A stretch of DNA of 62,961 nt, the filler included, from Collodictyon triciliatum (lineage: Eukaryota): NCBI GenBank assembly GCA_043381765.1. It is 4 parts of 4 records of this genome, joined end to end, with 100 filler letters (N's around TTAATTAATTAA, not from the genome) between each part and the next. Parts side by side here need not be neighbours in the genome. Positions count along the whole stretch, not along the records: positions 1 to 15,677 come from JBHJMP010001646.1; positions 15,778 to 31,443 come from JBHJMP010001647.1; 2 more parts are not named here. One strand, written 5' to 3'. Numbering within the stretch: position 1 is the stretch's first letter; every line of letters starts with the position of its first letter. Shown here in pieces: positions 10,001-27,715 of the stretch. The notes beneath the pieces are model-generated. The model was not told the DNA's origin and did not search any database. It saw only the letters and a list, made by a program, of their open reading frames with translations. The position numbers and the translations under genes were made by a program.

Positions 10001-13000
10001 TTGCCCTTATGTTAGGATGATTCGAGACTCTATGTGGGAAGCATAAGTATTGTTTGTTAGTTTTTTTGTTGTTGTTGTTGTTTTCCTTCACTGATACTAC
10101 TTTTCTCTCTGAACTTGAAAATGGTCCAATGTTTGCGCATACCCAATGTACTCCATGAATATAGTGGGTTCCAATGGTATGATATCTTGAGCTTGAAGAG
10201 AGGCCAGGAGCTAGGATGGACATAAGTTTGATATATATGTTTATTCTTGTTTCTTGCACTGTTCTTGATATTGATTTTGTCATGATGCTGTGCGATAACA
10301 TTTCAAAGCTACCAGGAATAAGGAGATATATATTCTTGTTATTAAAAAAAAAAAAAATTGGATAAGGATACCCTTAAACAACCGACAGACGCTGCGGGGT
10401 CTTGATTAGGGAAAAGTTTCTCTGCCGATAGAAACCTAAATTTGTACATTAAACGGTTCTTGAGACACAAATATATATGGACTAAATGAATTTAGAGAAA
10501 AAATAATTTAAAAATAGCTCCCGAAGTAACACTGTGTTTGATAAGAAATNNNNNNNNNNNNNNNNNNNNNNNNNNNNNNNNNNNNNNNNNNNNNNNNNNN
10601 NNNNNNNNNNNNNNNNNNNNNNNNNNNNNNNNNNNNNNNNNNNNNNNNNNNNNNNNNNNNNNNNNNNNNNNNNNNNNNNNNNNNNNNNNNNNNNNNNNNN
10701 NNNNNNNNNNNNNNNNNNNNNNNNNNNNNNNNNNNNNNNNNNNNNNNNNNNNNNNNNNNNNNNNNNNNNNNNNNNNNNNNNNNNNNNNNNNNNNNNNNNN
10801 NNNNNNNNNNNNNNNNNNNNNNNNNNNNNNNNNNNNNNNNNNNNNNNNNNNNNNNNNNNNNNNNNNNNNNNNNNNNNNNNNNNNNNNNNNNNNNNNNNNN
10901 NNNNNNNNNNNNNNNNNNNNNNNNNNNNNNNNNNNNNNNNNNNNNNNNNNNNNNNNNNNNNNNNNNNNNNNNNNNNNNNNNNNNNNNNNNNNNNNNNNNN
11001 NNNNNNNNNNNNNNNNNNNNNNNNNNNNNNNNNNNNNNNNNNNGTTGGTTATACTTGGATAAATATATAATTGCAGTTGGATTAACAACATTGTGGCTAT
11101 ATTCATCGTGTCAATCCATTTCAAACCTTTTGCAATGAATACATATTTATATTGGAGAAGTCATTTGGTTTGACCTATTTTTTCCCAAATAAAAAATAAT
11201 GAACATTTCATGACTACGAAATTCAGAGGCTTTCATTTAATACATAATGGACATGTTGCGTTAATACCGAGATATGGAATACGAGGAAATAAGGTATGAG
11301 TAAATGAGAAAATGAGAAAATGAGACATGAGAAAATGAGAAATGAGAAAAAAGAGAAATGAGTAAATGAGTAAATAAGTCAATAAGTCAATAACAACCTT
11401 TTCCGACTGGTCAAAAAAGAACTTAATGTAGAACTTTATTATAATATCAATGATAACATCAGCAGACTCTTTTTGTGCGATCTATTAGGTAGTGTATAGA
11501 TAATATTTCAATGGTTTAATATCTCAATATTTTACAACTTAATTTGGATGAAAGAGAGTATGTGGCGAACTAGAAATTAACCTGTACTAGCCCATTTAGA
11601 ATTTCGATTTTGCAAGCAGGGGTGCATTTAGTACTGTTCAACGCTTCTGTGAGGCATTGTAGGGCTGATGAAGTTGGAGTGCTTGTGACCAAATGATGGA
11701 TTGCTTCTATCTGTCCGAGAATGTCTGTCTCCCGGAAGAGTTGATTGACGACATAATATTCCGGCTATAATTCAAGTACATGAGAGACCTTTTGAAGTAA
11801 TAAGAGGCAAGTGAATCTATGGCGGAAGTAAAATCGTACCTGTGATATTTCCATTTTCCGAATCCATTCCATGTCTGGGTCAACTCGAATCCAAAGGATG
11901 GGTGTTTCGTTGCGTCTAAATTTTCAGGGTTTTTTTTCTTTTGCTTAGAACTTAAACCAAAGGAACTTTCTTCATATAGGGATCATTTTCTTGCATGGAG
12001 GCTTCTGGTTAGCATACCCGAATACATCTATTTCGATATCGTCTTCCCTCTTCTTTCTTCTACCCTAGGTACGGTACATGCAAGTTTGATTAATACAGCA
12101 ATTTACTGAAATTTGGGGTATGAGAAAAGTATGTATACATTTACATGAAATCATAGTTAATACAAATTATATGCGTTTCTCGGTGTACCACAATCTAAAT
12201 CAGAACAATGAATAAATAAAAACGTAAATAACCACCTTTGTGTACACCGGAAACTCAAATGTTTCATGGGGCTTTTCTATGTGAACGATGTGTTCGTACG
12301 TTTTCTCATACTCGTGGATTCGGACAGTTAATTTTCCCTGCGTGAAATAGAGATGAAACGCCACCCAGAGCTATAATGGACTAGAAAATAAGAGGTTGCT
12401 TCAGATTTCCTACCGTGACATAAGAGTCACTTGATACATTTGTCTGTCTAATTTTCAGCTCAACGTTATGGAACTTAACGCTATATCTGTGTGAGTGAAT
12501 TGATTATGTTGAACAGTTTTGTTAGTTCTCGAAATTTTATATTAAATTTCGATGATGAAATGCAGAATCAGCCTTTGAAGAAAAACGAAAAATTGTAATT
12601 ACAATATTATAATTTACTTTATTTTGCAGTCAAAGTGTACGGGCTGGGTGTTGAATGTGGCTCATGTCAAGGATATAAATATCGATACATAAAAAAAAAA
12701 AAAGGGGGGCTATCTGTGAACTATAATATATAAAGGAACACAGTTCCGACGGGAATACACAATGAAATTATTGTGAGGATATATCCATGCGTTTCCAAAT
12801 GATTTGAAGTCTATGTTGGTCATTCTTCGGATGAATTTTAAGAGTCCTTGTGGAAGAGGAAGAAAGAAAAAAAGAAAAGGAATTGAATACTGATTAGCCT
12901 TTCCCTGCAGAGAAATGAACTTTTATGCTTTTACGTCAGTCCCTGGCATGATAAATCAAATAAATTATTTGTGCTTATTTTGTAAAATCAAGTCATCAAG

Positions 13001-15557
13001 AACCTTTTGAACTTAAGCATATCTTATCCTTCTTTCCGTAAGACAAAGTAAAAAGCTGTTGTAGTATCTAAAAAGGATGTCGATCTTTTAATTTCTTTTT
13101 TATTAATACAAGAAATTTGTCAAAAATAATGTATTAACCATTTGATATGCTCGTGTGAATCGAATAAAAAGGGAACCATTTGGAATGCTTCTCGGCCGAG
13201 GTTTTGTTCCATGAGATAAAACGTAAGCTTTGCTTTGGGTATCCACTTTTTGACATCAATGTCCTATAGAAGTGAAAATAAAGCAAACTTTACAAAATGG
13301 GCTTTGCATTTCAAAGTATTGTTGGTTTGACTTTGCTGCTTTGTGTATTTTTGTATATATATAAATCTCATTGATAAGGAAATACCTGTGCGACATTGGC
13401 GGAGTTGTGGTAGAGAGAAAACGGTTTCAACTCACCGACAACAGTCTGCAGGTCCTAGTTAATGGCATAATTATTTGTGAATATTAAACTGGGTCGTATT
13501 GTAAATGGAAAGATTAGTATACATATAGATGCTTTTCGCCTTACTTTTGTGACAGAATACTTGAATTCATGATCTCCTGTGAGCTTCTTCAAATACAGCT
13601 CCACCAGATATTCACATATACCCAATATAATCCAATGGTCTCCCCTTAAGAGCAACCGAGAAAAATATTACTTATCTTGGCTATAAAATATACATTAGAG
13701 GAATTGTAATATCATTGTCAAAAAAAAATTAAACATACCAAGTCCTATGAACCATGTAGGAACCAAACCATTGGTATATTATGGAATAGGCGATGAGGCG
13801 ACGAACTTCAAGTTGCTTTTGGAAAATTTCGGGGTGAATAAAGCCGCCTCATAATAAAACGCACTCGCTATTCGCAAAGCGTTTATTTGTGAATAAAGAA
13901 TTTTTTCAAACCTTGTCAAGGTTTCTCTCATTATGAATGAAATCAGAGCTGTTACCCGAATATAGAAAAATGGTTTAGTAAACGAAGGATTATGTTTGAA
14001 AGATAAAATAAACTGCCTGGCTAAAACTTACCTGAAGATAGCCACCGATGTCCCGACAGAGAAAGGCCTTGGTTATATTGATAGGATATGCAATTAGAAA
14101 ATGAGTGCAGTTCGGACGATACTATATAAGAAAACAAAGATGATGCTGTTGAAACCCTCCTTACACATTTGGGTTGTCGATGAAGCAAAATTTAAATGAA
14201 TCATATGGGTAAGGGAGTCCGAGGAATGTGGTAAAAAACTGCCATGCCTATTCAACAATAATGTGAAAAATTGTATAAGAATCAAAATCAATAAGAATGA
14301 AAGTGAATAAATCAAATAAAGTAAGTAGATTCAATTATTTCATATTTTTATCGAGCATTAACCTCAGAACATGTTGAGACAGTATGCAAAAGGTCATGCC
14401 CAAGCCCTTCGAGGCAAAAGTGTGTTATTTCTTTGACGTTTGGGTCGGGTAGAATCTTTCATCAAAACGAAAATGATCAGTCATCAACATTTACGCCAAC
14501 TATTTTGTTTCGTATTGCGAGAAGCGTACACATCTCACCTCGAATATCCCTGCAATTACCGAGATGTTTCTTGCAATCGTAGGATGCTCCAGTTGATAGT
14601 AGAAAGTAATTTTTGTTTCGTCGTCATTATAAAACTATGTAGTACATGTATCATTACAAAATACGACGTCATACATACAAAGTGTTTGTTACAGCTGATG
14701 TTTTTTTTTCTTAAGTGTAATTGCCAAGAGCGAACCTGTTCTGTTAGTTTTCCATTGCTTATCACAATATAGTCCTCCGGCACCGATACCTCGATTTCCT
14801 GAACAAGCAACCAAAGCAGTTATTACATCTTGATGAATCTCTTCATTATATTCAGCATTCCTCTCGATAAACAGTATGTCAATCTTGGTGTATGAGTTAA
14901 CATATACGCATTCGGGATAGTCATGAGTACACTCACCCAAGTACATGGGTCAACCAAAGAATCAATACAAGGAAACCAATATCTCGCACTGTCTCGTGTG
15001 TTCTGCGCTGAGAACACAATACTTTTGTTTGTCCTGATGAACCGTGGTTCCAAGTATTGAGCACACCCAAAAGGCTCCTCCAATGAAAATACAACTTGTA
15101 CTGATAGAATAAGGTAAGGTGAATAGGTAAATTGAGGCAGTTTCAATTATCTGACGGGAAAAAAGGGTGTTTTGGAGCACTATTAAGCCATTAGTAGACG
15201 CCACAAGATGGATTTCAATTGCTGCATCAATTTGAGAATACTTTTGATAATTGCCAACTTTATTTGACTCATGATATCAAATTGTAGAAGGTTTATTGAG
15301 GAGGAAAAAGTAAAGGGCGCGATGTTGATGAGCCAACAGACCATGAAGAAGTTCGTAGTTTGTCCTTTGGCGATTATGGTGAGCGCCTTCTTCATCCTCC
15401 TCATCATCTAGAAATATATGAAATTGAAGAGCCAGAAGATGTAGAGGTTATTCAGAGAGGAAACTTTAAGGTGGGTTTATTAAGTTTGACAAATCAACAG
15501 CGTGGGTAGCGGATGCTTACCAGGATTTGATGAGTCTCCGTTTTCCTCTTCGTCCAT
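7076..15557 (-). CDS. TAF2: TFIID subunit 2 (M1 aminopeptidase-like fold), more than 25 exons; 5' end uncertain, may extend past the gap at about 15680-15780
   Basis: Exons encode ARYWFPCIDSLVDPCTW, IVISNGKL, QWFG (no HEXXH), GKLTVRIHE, ILWIRVDPDMEWIR, DILGQIEAI, KPNDFS, FLSAEKLFP and IRATAYECL. The C-terminus is low complexity with (QS)n and KLKLKIK. Two N gaps interrupt the gene. Confidence 0.88.
7318..7433 (-). repeat. Coding (CAATCA)n repeat encoding (QS)n in the TAF2 C-terminus
   Basis: Perfect hexamer run, in frame. Confidence 0.9.
7567..7662 (-). other. GC-AG intron (last intron of TAF2)
   Basis: AAAG|gcacgc...cacag joins DAVDSPPNRPVKRMNPLIRK-G-TPNSMDNGQ, in frame with the long terminal ORF. 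Confidence 0.55.
9801..9896 (-). other. GC-AG intron in TAF2
   Basis: Donor AAG|gcacgt. A phase-0 junction is needed to join DLELRRK to ILLSGYQ...LFKLLQ|TQGSFDVELR. The nearby GT is in the wrong phase. Confidence 0.7.
12657..12782 (-). other. U12-type (minor spliceosome) AT-AC intron in TAF2
   Basis: 5' end ATATCCTC, branch site TCCTTGAC about 10 nt before the 3' end, 3' end CAC. Removal gives FGNAWI|FNTQPVHFDCKI in frame, whereas retention hits a stop. Confidence 0.85.
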
Positions 15558-15640
15558 GGGTATCTTAAAACCATGAAAAAAAATAGTTTATGGTCCTTTC
15601 TTTTTTATCTTTTTTTTATCTTTTTTTTATCTTTTTTTTA

Positions 15641-15677
<37 letters not shown>

Positions 15678-15777
15678 NNNNNNNNNNNNNNNNNNNNNNN
15701 NNNNNNNNNNNNNNNNNNNNNTTAATTAATTAANNNNNNNNNNNNNNNNNNNNNNNNNNNNNNNNNNNNNNNNNNNN

Positions 15778-15881
<104 letters not shown>

Positions 15882-17193
15882 TCTGATCATTTAGAGGAGA
15901 TTGCAAACGTGATGATATTTATTTATTCTATATACCTAGAATAAATAAATATCACGTGACAAATGTACAGGAAAGTCATCTTGAATATAACGCAAATGAA
16001 GATATTAGTATAACAAACCTTTGCATTCATTTCAAAAGGTTCATTTATTCACAGTAGTTTAAGGGGCTAATTCGAGTATTAGAAGTGATTTGGATAAGTT
16101 AAAATGTTGTTAGGATACTTTTTTATCTGCTTTTAAGATATCAAATATGTTATATTTCCTATCATGCAGTATTTATCGAGTTGATAGCAACCAATTGATA
16201 GATCAAACACGTAAATTATCAATCACCATAAATGCTGGCAGTTAAGGTGTAGCTAAATAATTGTTTGATTTTGTCTTGTATTCAGCATAAAAAGGTTAAT
16301 CAAGAATAATAGTATTCTATATGATGGACTATGATACAAAAAGTTAACATGCGAATTAGGTAGTGCAAGTAGGTTTGATACATCGATGTATTTTTACAGT
16401 CTTATTTTTGTTATACTTGTTTATCAATTCAGCATCGCTATCAAGAATTATTAGGTATTTATCTGATCGCAATAGAAAAGTACCCAGGGTAATGAACGGA
16501 GACTTCTGCTCTGTCTAAGACCTGATTCTCTTGTTAACTAGAGGAGAATGGTAAAGCGGAGACGACCAAAAAAGTTTTGCAGCGCAGCCACATTGTTACC
16601 CACTGATCGGCACTTGGAAACGCAAGCTTGCGGCTGCTCTTCCTTTGCCTCTTATGTCATCCGCCCTTTCATTTTCTCCTTTTCCCTTGTAGTTTCGGCT
16701 CTTAGGCGCTGGGTCGTCAGGCATTTGGCCGTGCGGTTTTATCTGGTGGCAGATTCTGTCGGTCAGATCGATGATCGGAATGCGGTGATCGTGGTTCTTG
16801 GTTGTTGCTGTGATCGGTCTCATAAGCGAGCAGTTGAGGGCTTTGCAGAGCAGCCAGCCAACAGCTGACAAGCTACCCTCTTTCCTTCTTTATTATTTTG
16901 TTTAGTTTTATCATAGTGTTTCACATTCCTTATAATACGTTGATAAGTGTCCTGTGTGGCTGCCTTTTTTCTTTTTTTCTTCTTCAGCGGGTTATGCTTT
17001 GCTTGAAGAAGGCTCAGCTCTGTGGGAGAGACTCTGCTAGGTCACTCATTAGCGCGCTTCTTGGAAGATCGACTGCCTCGCGACTTTTGCCTGGTCGCTT
17101 CTATTCTATCCCCAAACAGAGTGCAGGCTTCAAGGTCTATGCTCCAACCAGCAATGGCTCGATTCGTGCAGTTCCCTTGGTGTTGGTTTCACC

Positions 17194-21337
<4,144 letters not shown>

Positions 21338-21372
21338 TCTTTATATACAGGCAGGCAACAGAAGCTATAGTG

Positions 21373-21790
21373 AGAAGAAAAAGAAAAAAGAAAAAAGAAA
21401 AAAGAAAAAAGAAAAAAGAAAAAAGAAAAAAGAAAAAAGAAAAAAGAAAAAAGAAAAAAGAAAAAAGAAAAAAGAAAAAAGAAAAAGAAAAAAGGAAAAA
21501 GAAAAAAGAAAAAAGAAAAAAAGAAAAAAGAAGAAAGAAAAAAGAAGAAAGAAAAAAGAAGAAAGAAAAAAGAAGAAAGAAAAAAGAAAAAAGAAAAAAG
21601 AAAAGAAGAAAAGGATAAAGAAAAGAAGAATAGAAAAGAAGAATAGAAAAGAAAAGAAAGAAGAAAAGAAAGAAGAAAAGAAAGAAGAAAAGAAAGAAGA
21701 AAAGAAAGAAGAAAAGAAAGAAGAAAAGGATAAAGAAAAGAAGAATAGAAAAGAAAAGAAGAGAAGAGAAAAGAAGAGAAAAGAAAGGAG
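21373..21790. repeat. Polypurine A/G compound repeat, intergenic
   Basis: GAAAAA, GAAAAAA and AAGAAAAGAAAG units. Confidence 0.95.
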
Positions 21791-21890
21791 AGTTTTATAA
21801 CACATGCCCACCCAGTAAACAACCTCCTCAACACAGCAAAAGAAGCGCACCGTTCAACAGACTGCAATTATGCAAAGAGCCATGCGCGCA

Positions 21891-23180
21891 TTAGGATGAC
21901 TTTATGGGACGCTGCTTTTTGGCGACCTTTGGCTTTTCAGCCTCCGCGTTGCTTTTCTTTGTCTTTTGGACGCCGCTCTTCGGCAACGGCTTCTCCTTTC
22001 TTTGCTTCGCGACAGTTGGGGTTGACTTTGTTTCTTGGATTGGATTATCCGCGGGCTTTGGAGATGGAGTCGGAGCCGAAACTGAAGCCGAAGCTGAAGC
22101 TGAAGCTGCATCAGAACTGGTGGGAGTTTCTTTGGCTGTTTCGAGCTTCATCAGCAGTCGCTTCCTCTTTCCAGGGCGGCTGCGATTCCTGCGCTTGCGA
22201 GTCGGCTTCTCGATGTATTTTTCTGGGTGAAGTTTTGCGCGTCGTTCGGTTTTGAGTCGTTTCTTCTCCTTGAGTTGTGCGATGCGCTCTTCCGATATGC
22301 TTTCGTTGCGCTGTTTGGTGGCGGCTTTCTTGTGGTTCTGTTATGGGCGATTTTAATGAGTTTGTTTACGGGATTGCGTATCTGACTAAGTGGGGTGATG
22401 CCTCATCGATAGATTGATACAAACAATCATACAATCATTCAATCAGTAAGCCATACCTTGGACAGGAGGTGGCTGCAAACCATTTTATATTCGTTCAATG
22501 TGACAGAAGGTGTGCACAGATTACAAGTGAAACGGTTGGTTTTGAAGGGGACGATATAGCGGTCAAGGCCTATACGGATCTTCTTTGGAACTTTGGCTCG
22601 GAGCTTCATTTCTTCTTCTGACGAGTTGCCCTCTTCAACTTCATTTTTATCTTTATCTTTATCTTCATCTTCACCTTCACCATTCTCATCATGTTGCTTG
22701 TCAGCTGATTCGTCGTCTTGCCGATTCTCGTCATCTTCTCGTCCGTCCTCTTTATTCGATGACCCACCAGTGCGAAACAATCCAAGTCTTTGGAAATCTT
22801 TCGAGTTTGCTTGTGTTTAGCACTGAAAATCAATGGTTCTGGGGCTTTTATTCAAATGCGCATAATTAAAGAAAAGCTTCGAAGCAAGTGTTTTTTTTTC
22901 TTTAGTCGCTTTTAATGAGGATGTATATATGTATATATATTTAAAATATAAAATGTAAAAGAAAAAAGAAGAGAGCAGATGGTGATTGGGTACTGTTCCT
23001 AAACAACGTACTGAGAAGAAACTTTCTGCGACTCGGTGCGCCCAGTTTCGGTTGCTCTTCGACTTCTTGCGCCTGCTCCGACTCACTGTTCTCATTCCCC
23101 TCGGAAAGGCTTTCATCCGTGTGTGTTTCTTCTTCTCCTCCATCTTCTTCACTGTTTTCATCCGCCCATTCAGACGCCAT
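21891..23180 (-). CDS. Acidic/basic low-complexity protein with one U1/matrin-type C2H2 zinc finger
   Basis: Acidic N-terminus MASEWADENSEEDGG..., then FTCNLC...MVCSHLLSK|NHKK (C-x2-C...H-x5-H across an intron), then a Lys-rich C-terminus. Confidence 0.65.
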
Positions 23181-23449
23181 TCCGGCAAGGCCATGTGTAA
23201 ATCTCTTCAGCATGGCGCCTGCTTTTATTGTGTTTATGTCTGTATTCTGTTTCGTGGTTTATTGTTTCTGTTAGTTTGTTTGTTGTGAATGCTTTTCGAT
23301 GAAGTAAACAACGCACAAGACCGCCGATCAAAGGCCACAAGCATATGGCACTCGTTTTGCAGTTTTTTATAAATTCCAATTCCAGTTACTGGACAACTGT
23401 TCTACATTTGTGGAAGGGATTTGCTCGCCAGGGCGAGGGTGCAGCGAGA

Positions 23450-26400
23450 TTAGAACAAATCCTCCTCGTTCATGGCGTACTGCTTCTGGTAAGTGCGGAA
23501 CTCGTCCAGCATGTCAAACTGCTCGCGAAACTGCATGGGTGAATGTTTAGCACCGAACAAAGAGCATCGTTCTCCAGTCGTTTATCTGCACTGCAAAGCT
23601 AGAATCAAAAGAAGCCTCATGGGATGGTATTGTTTCTCTTCAAATTCAAAATAATATATTAAAAAAAAAATAAAACACCAATGAAGAATGGAGAAAGGCG
23701 TCGACGCAGAGACAAACAGCATCTAAAGGAAAAAAATTAGTGCATACTTGGTGAGGAGCGACAGGGGCTATTCCAAGCATCTTGATGTTTTCCTCTTTGT
23801 GACGAATCTTTTCGAGCATCGCCAGTGACTGCGAACTCTTGTACGGGTCCAGAGTCTTTTCTTGCTCTTTCAGCCAGACGGAGAGATTCGTGAAGTTGCT
23901 GGCAAAGTCAAGGCAGGGAAAAGATGTGGAGAGTGAGGATGAGATTTTGCTGGAAGACTGAAAATACAACCATTCTACCTGCTCACACATAGCAAATTGA
24001 ATAGGACAGTTTCAAACAAATATACACAACTGTTCAATTAGACACAAACTATATACAATTCAGAAGAGAAACAATGTCCTAGCGGCGATCTTAAGAAACA
24101 AACCTGTCTGACATCCGCATTACAGCACGGTCCATCAAACGGTCGACGATGGTCAAGATTTTGACGCGGACCTTCATGTGAACATAAATGCAATATGATT
24201 GAGTGGGGTGCAGTGTCATGGCTTGTATGAGCGAATTAATGCTAGTTTTCTTTTTATCTTTCATCGTTGTTTGCCAAGGTCGATGATTTTCACTGAATTC
24301 ATGCACCAAAACACAAAGTTCTGGGAAAATTAAATGAACGACGAATGTAAGTTTTTGGATGTCAAAATACACATACAACTTCGTTTGTTGCGTCATCCCA
24401 GTTCCTCTACAAGAGCGAAAAAGCAACTCATTAGAGGAAAGGTGCATATGTGGAAAGTATAGAAATATTTTTTCCCTCTATTCGATTCAAAGGGAAAGTA
24501 AAGAAATATTGATAGCCCAGAAATGTAAAGCATTGCAAGGTAATCGGATGAAAAATTGAGGAAAGAGAAGGGGAAAAATAAAGAGAAGAATTGGACTCAC
24601 CCGCAGCGAAGTAAGTGTTTCCTTAGTAACTTCTTCATTTAGACGACAACTGTGAAACAGTCTTTCCATGTCAAAAATGCTCTGAATAATTTGAATTGCA
24701 TTCGTGAAGAAACTTAGAAAAGGGAATTGCAGGTAAAGCAACGGAGTTATCAGTGCTGGCAGAGGGAGGTTCCAAGATAATAGAGTGGGAGAGCAACTAT
24801 ATCTTTAAAGCACCTGCGGTTTTCCTTCAGACGTAAGATTATCGATGACTTCGTAGAGGTAGTCTGTGTGGTCAATCCATGGATTCTGCAAAATACAGTT
24901 TGTGACATTCGTTGACACAAAGAAAACCCGTACAAAAAAATGAGGTAAATTGAGGTAAATTTTGATAAATTAATAAATACATGAAAACAAAAATGATTGA
25001 ACTATATGGATTATTTAAGCAAACGGGCATCTTGGCGAGTTCTCTTAGAACTTGGTTCTGGGTGGCTTCGAGTTTCAGAGTCTAATAACGTGGTTTACTT
25101 CTTGAGCGTTGCTTCTATTTTAAGGATAATACTGCGACAAAGTAACAAACAAAATAAAGTAAGTGGAATATTTGTGAGCCCTGATAAAGCACACCAATAG
25201 CTGTTGAACGAATGCTTTCTCTTCGTACGGCTCTTTTCCTGAAAGATCTTCCATGGCTATCACGATTTCTTTGATTTCATGCTCAGAGAATGGAAAGAAC
25301 TGTACATTTAAAAATTCGACTTAATTGAGTTGAACAAAAAAAAAATCATTTTATTGTGACAACTTATTCTTCTCCGTTTCCTATTCAATACCATTTGGCT
25401 TCATCACTGACAATATAGTCTATATTTTCCTATATGTTTGGGCCACCTTAAAAACTTCTCCTGCATGGATGGATAAGTAATAGGAAGGGGAACGCCCAAT
25501 ACGACCCCACGTATATTTTGTAATATCGGAAAACCTAAGTTAAGAACCATGATGATTATTCGCCAGATACACCAGTCAGCTGCATTGAGTTCCAAAAAAT
25601 TAAACTAAAAAAAAGCATAAAAAAAAAAAAGGAAAAGTAAAAAATTTAAAATAAACGGAAACAAAACTGAAAAGAAAACGAAAGCGAAGACGAAAGCGGA
25701 AACATAATTAGCAGATATATGGCTAAAAGTCCAGAATGATACTTCAGAACAACGCCTGTTTCTTGGTCGCTGGTCATTCGATTCGTTCCAACCCAAGAAA
25801 GTTCATTTTTGAAAATAACAAAGGCCCCCGCTGTGATGGACGTAAGAATTTCCTATAGTAAATATACGTGCTAGGTTCGATATTTTTGAAGCTGTAGGAC
25901 ATGATTCGGTAAGTGAATATCTGTTATTGAAGATACCTCAATTGTGTCTTCGTGTCCTGTTGAGCGAACTACAATACGATTCCCAACAGGGTCAACCTGC
26001 ATCCAAACATCCTCCACAAACCCGAGCAAGGCGTGTGGGTCTCTATTATTCTTTCCCTGTCAACCACAAAAAGCAATTTAATCGAAAAAAAAATAGAACA
26101 TCAGATTTAATCAATCATCTTGTTTGGGTTTCAATAATAATATCAAGACAAGAGAAATGCAATAAATGCGATTGAGAAATTACTTGTCTGTGGTAACGCG
26201 CGCTCATGGGGCGGTTTTGTTTGCTGATCATTTGTGTCGTATTTGCTACGTTAAAGTCGTCATCTTCTTTTCCAGAACCCAAAACCTAAAGTTGAGAATG
26301 ATGAAATTATAGTATAGTACAAAAAAACATTGTTTCCACAACCAAGGTTCCAAATATTCAGATGTGGTTTATTAGAAATAGATAGGGAAACGTGAAGAAC

Positions 26401-27715
26401 CTTGAGGTAAAAGTTGCTGTATGGTACTTCTGGGATGATTGGGGGTTTGTTTTTATCCGGAATCTGCTTCTGCTCCATCATCTCTGTGTGAGTTGAGGGA
26501 AATTAGGGGTTTATATAATCGTAATGGAGACATTATTTTGAAAGATTAAAAAAAAAAAAACAAGGAGTAGAAAGGCGAATAGATGAACCTCCTATCTTGT
26601 CCTGCAATTCAGCTATTGCTGTTGTGACTGCTTCACTCGATCGCAGGGAGCGCTAATTATTACAAGATAACAAGGCGAACATGTCAAGAAAAACATAAAG
26701 CAAAATTTTAATCACACTTTGTTTTTTAAAACAAGAATAAACGAAGTTTTTTTTAGCAGGTGTGTAATTTATTGACGTAATGATAAAAAAAAAGTGATTG
26801 AAAGATGTGAGAGTGTAGTCGTTAAAACCTCGGTGCGAAGGAGTGTTTGGGTCATTATTTGCATAACCGCAAACGAAGGTGGGCAGGAAGATACGTACTC
26901 TGAGATTACATAATCCGAACGATAATGAATATAATTCTGATGTCTTGTGTGGATGGAAGAAGACATAGCGTGCGGGATTTGATGGATCATTTCGATAGAA
27001 CGCCATGAAAAGAATTACTCATGAGGGTTTCGAAGGCCCCCAACACAAACTCTTCCCATTCATGAAAGCTCGGACTATGAAAGGCCTCCGCCTGTGAAAT
27101 GAAATTGTATTATGCGCGTGAATTAGGCACACTTTGGAATCAGCATTCAGGTAAAAGGATTCCTTTTTTTTATGTTGAGTTTTTTTCCAAAAAAAAAAAA
27201 TTAATCAAATCTGATTTGACATCAAAAGAGCTAGATTTGGGCGAATAGACCTCATATAATAATAATTTGCTCTATTACTATTTCGTTCATCGTTTTCAGA
27301 TAAGCATTCGTTCTTGTAGTAGAGTCTGTTATACATTTCAAACGAGATTAAATTGTTGTGATGCTAATCAGCTCCAAAAAAATAATATAACAATAATGCG
27401 TTGTCTCCAGTGGAAAACCTAGCTTTTAAAAACTATTGATGATGATAATGATGATGATAATGATGATAGTAATGGTAATAGTAATAGTAATAGTAATAGT
27501 AATAGTAATAGTAATAGTAATAGTAATAGTAATAGTAATAGTAATAGTAATAGTAATAGTAATAGTAATAGTAATAGTAATAGTAATCGTAATAGTAATC
27601 GTAATCGTAATTGTAATTGTAGTAGTAATAGTAATAGTAATAGTAAAAGTAATTGTAATAGTAATTGTAATAGTAATTGCAGCGTGTTGGACAAACCGTC
27701 GAAAAGACCGGCCAT
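23450..27715 (-). CDS. Multi-exon protein of unknown function
   Basis: Phase-consistent chain MAGLFD|GFPLETTHY|YSTTRTNAYLKTMNEI|AEAFHSPSFHEWEEFVLGAFETLM|KYVSSCPP...|RSLRSSEAV...|...ELNAADWCIWRII...|...FREQFDMLDEFRTYQKQYAMNEEDLF*. No family recognised. Confidence 0.6.
27436..27678. repeat. (GTAATA)n compound microsatellite in intron 1 of the 23450-27715 gene
   Basis: Directly visible, with degenerate variant units at the edges. Confidence 0.95.

Noticed and set aside
15722-15733. TTAATTAATTAA inside N runs (also 31488-31499 and 47255-47266)
   Set aside because: The identical palindromic 12-mer, with stops in all frames, sits centred in gaps. It is an assembly linker, and contiguity across it is not guaranteed.
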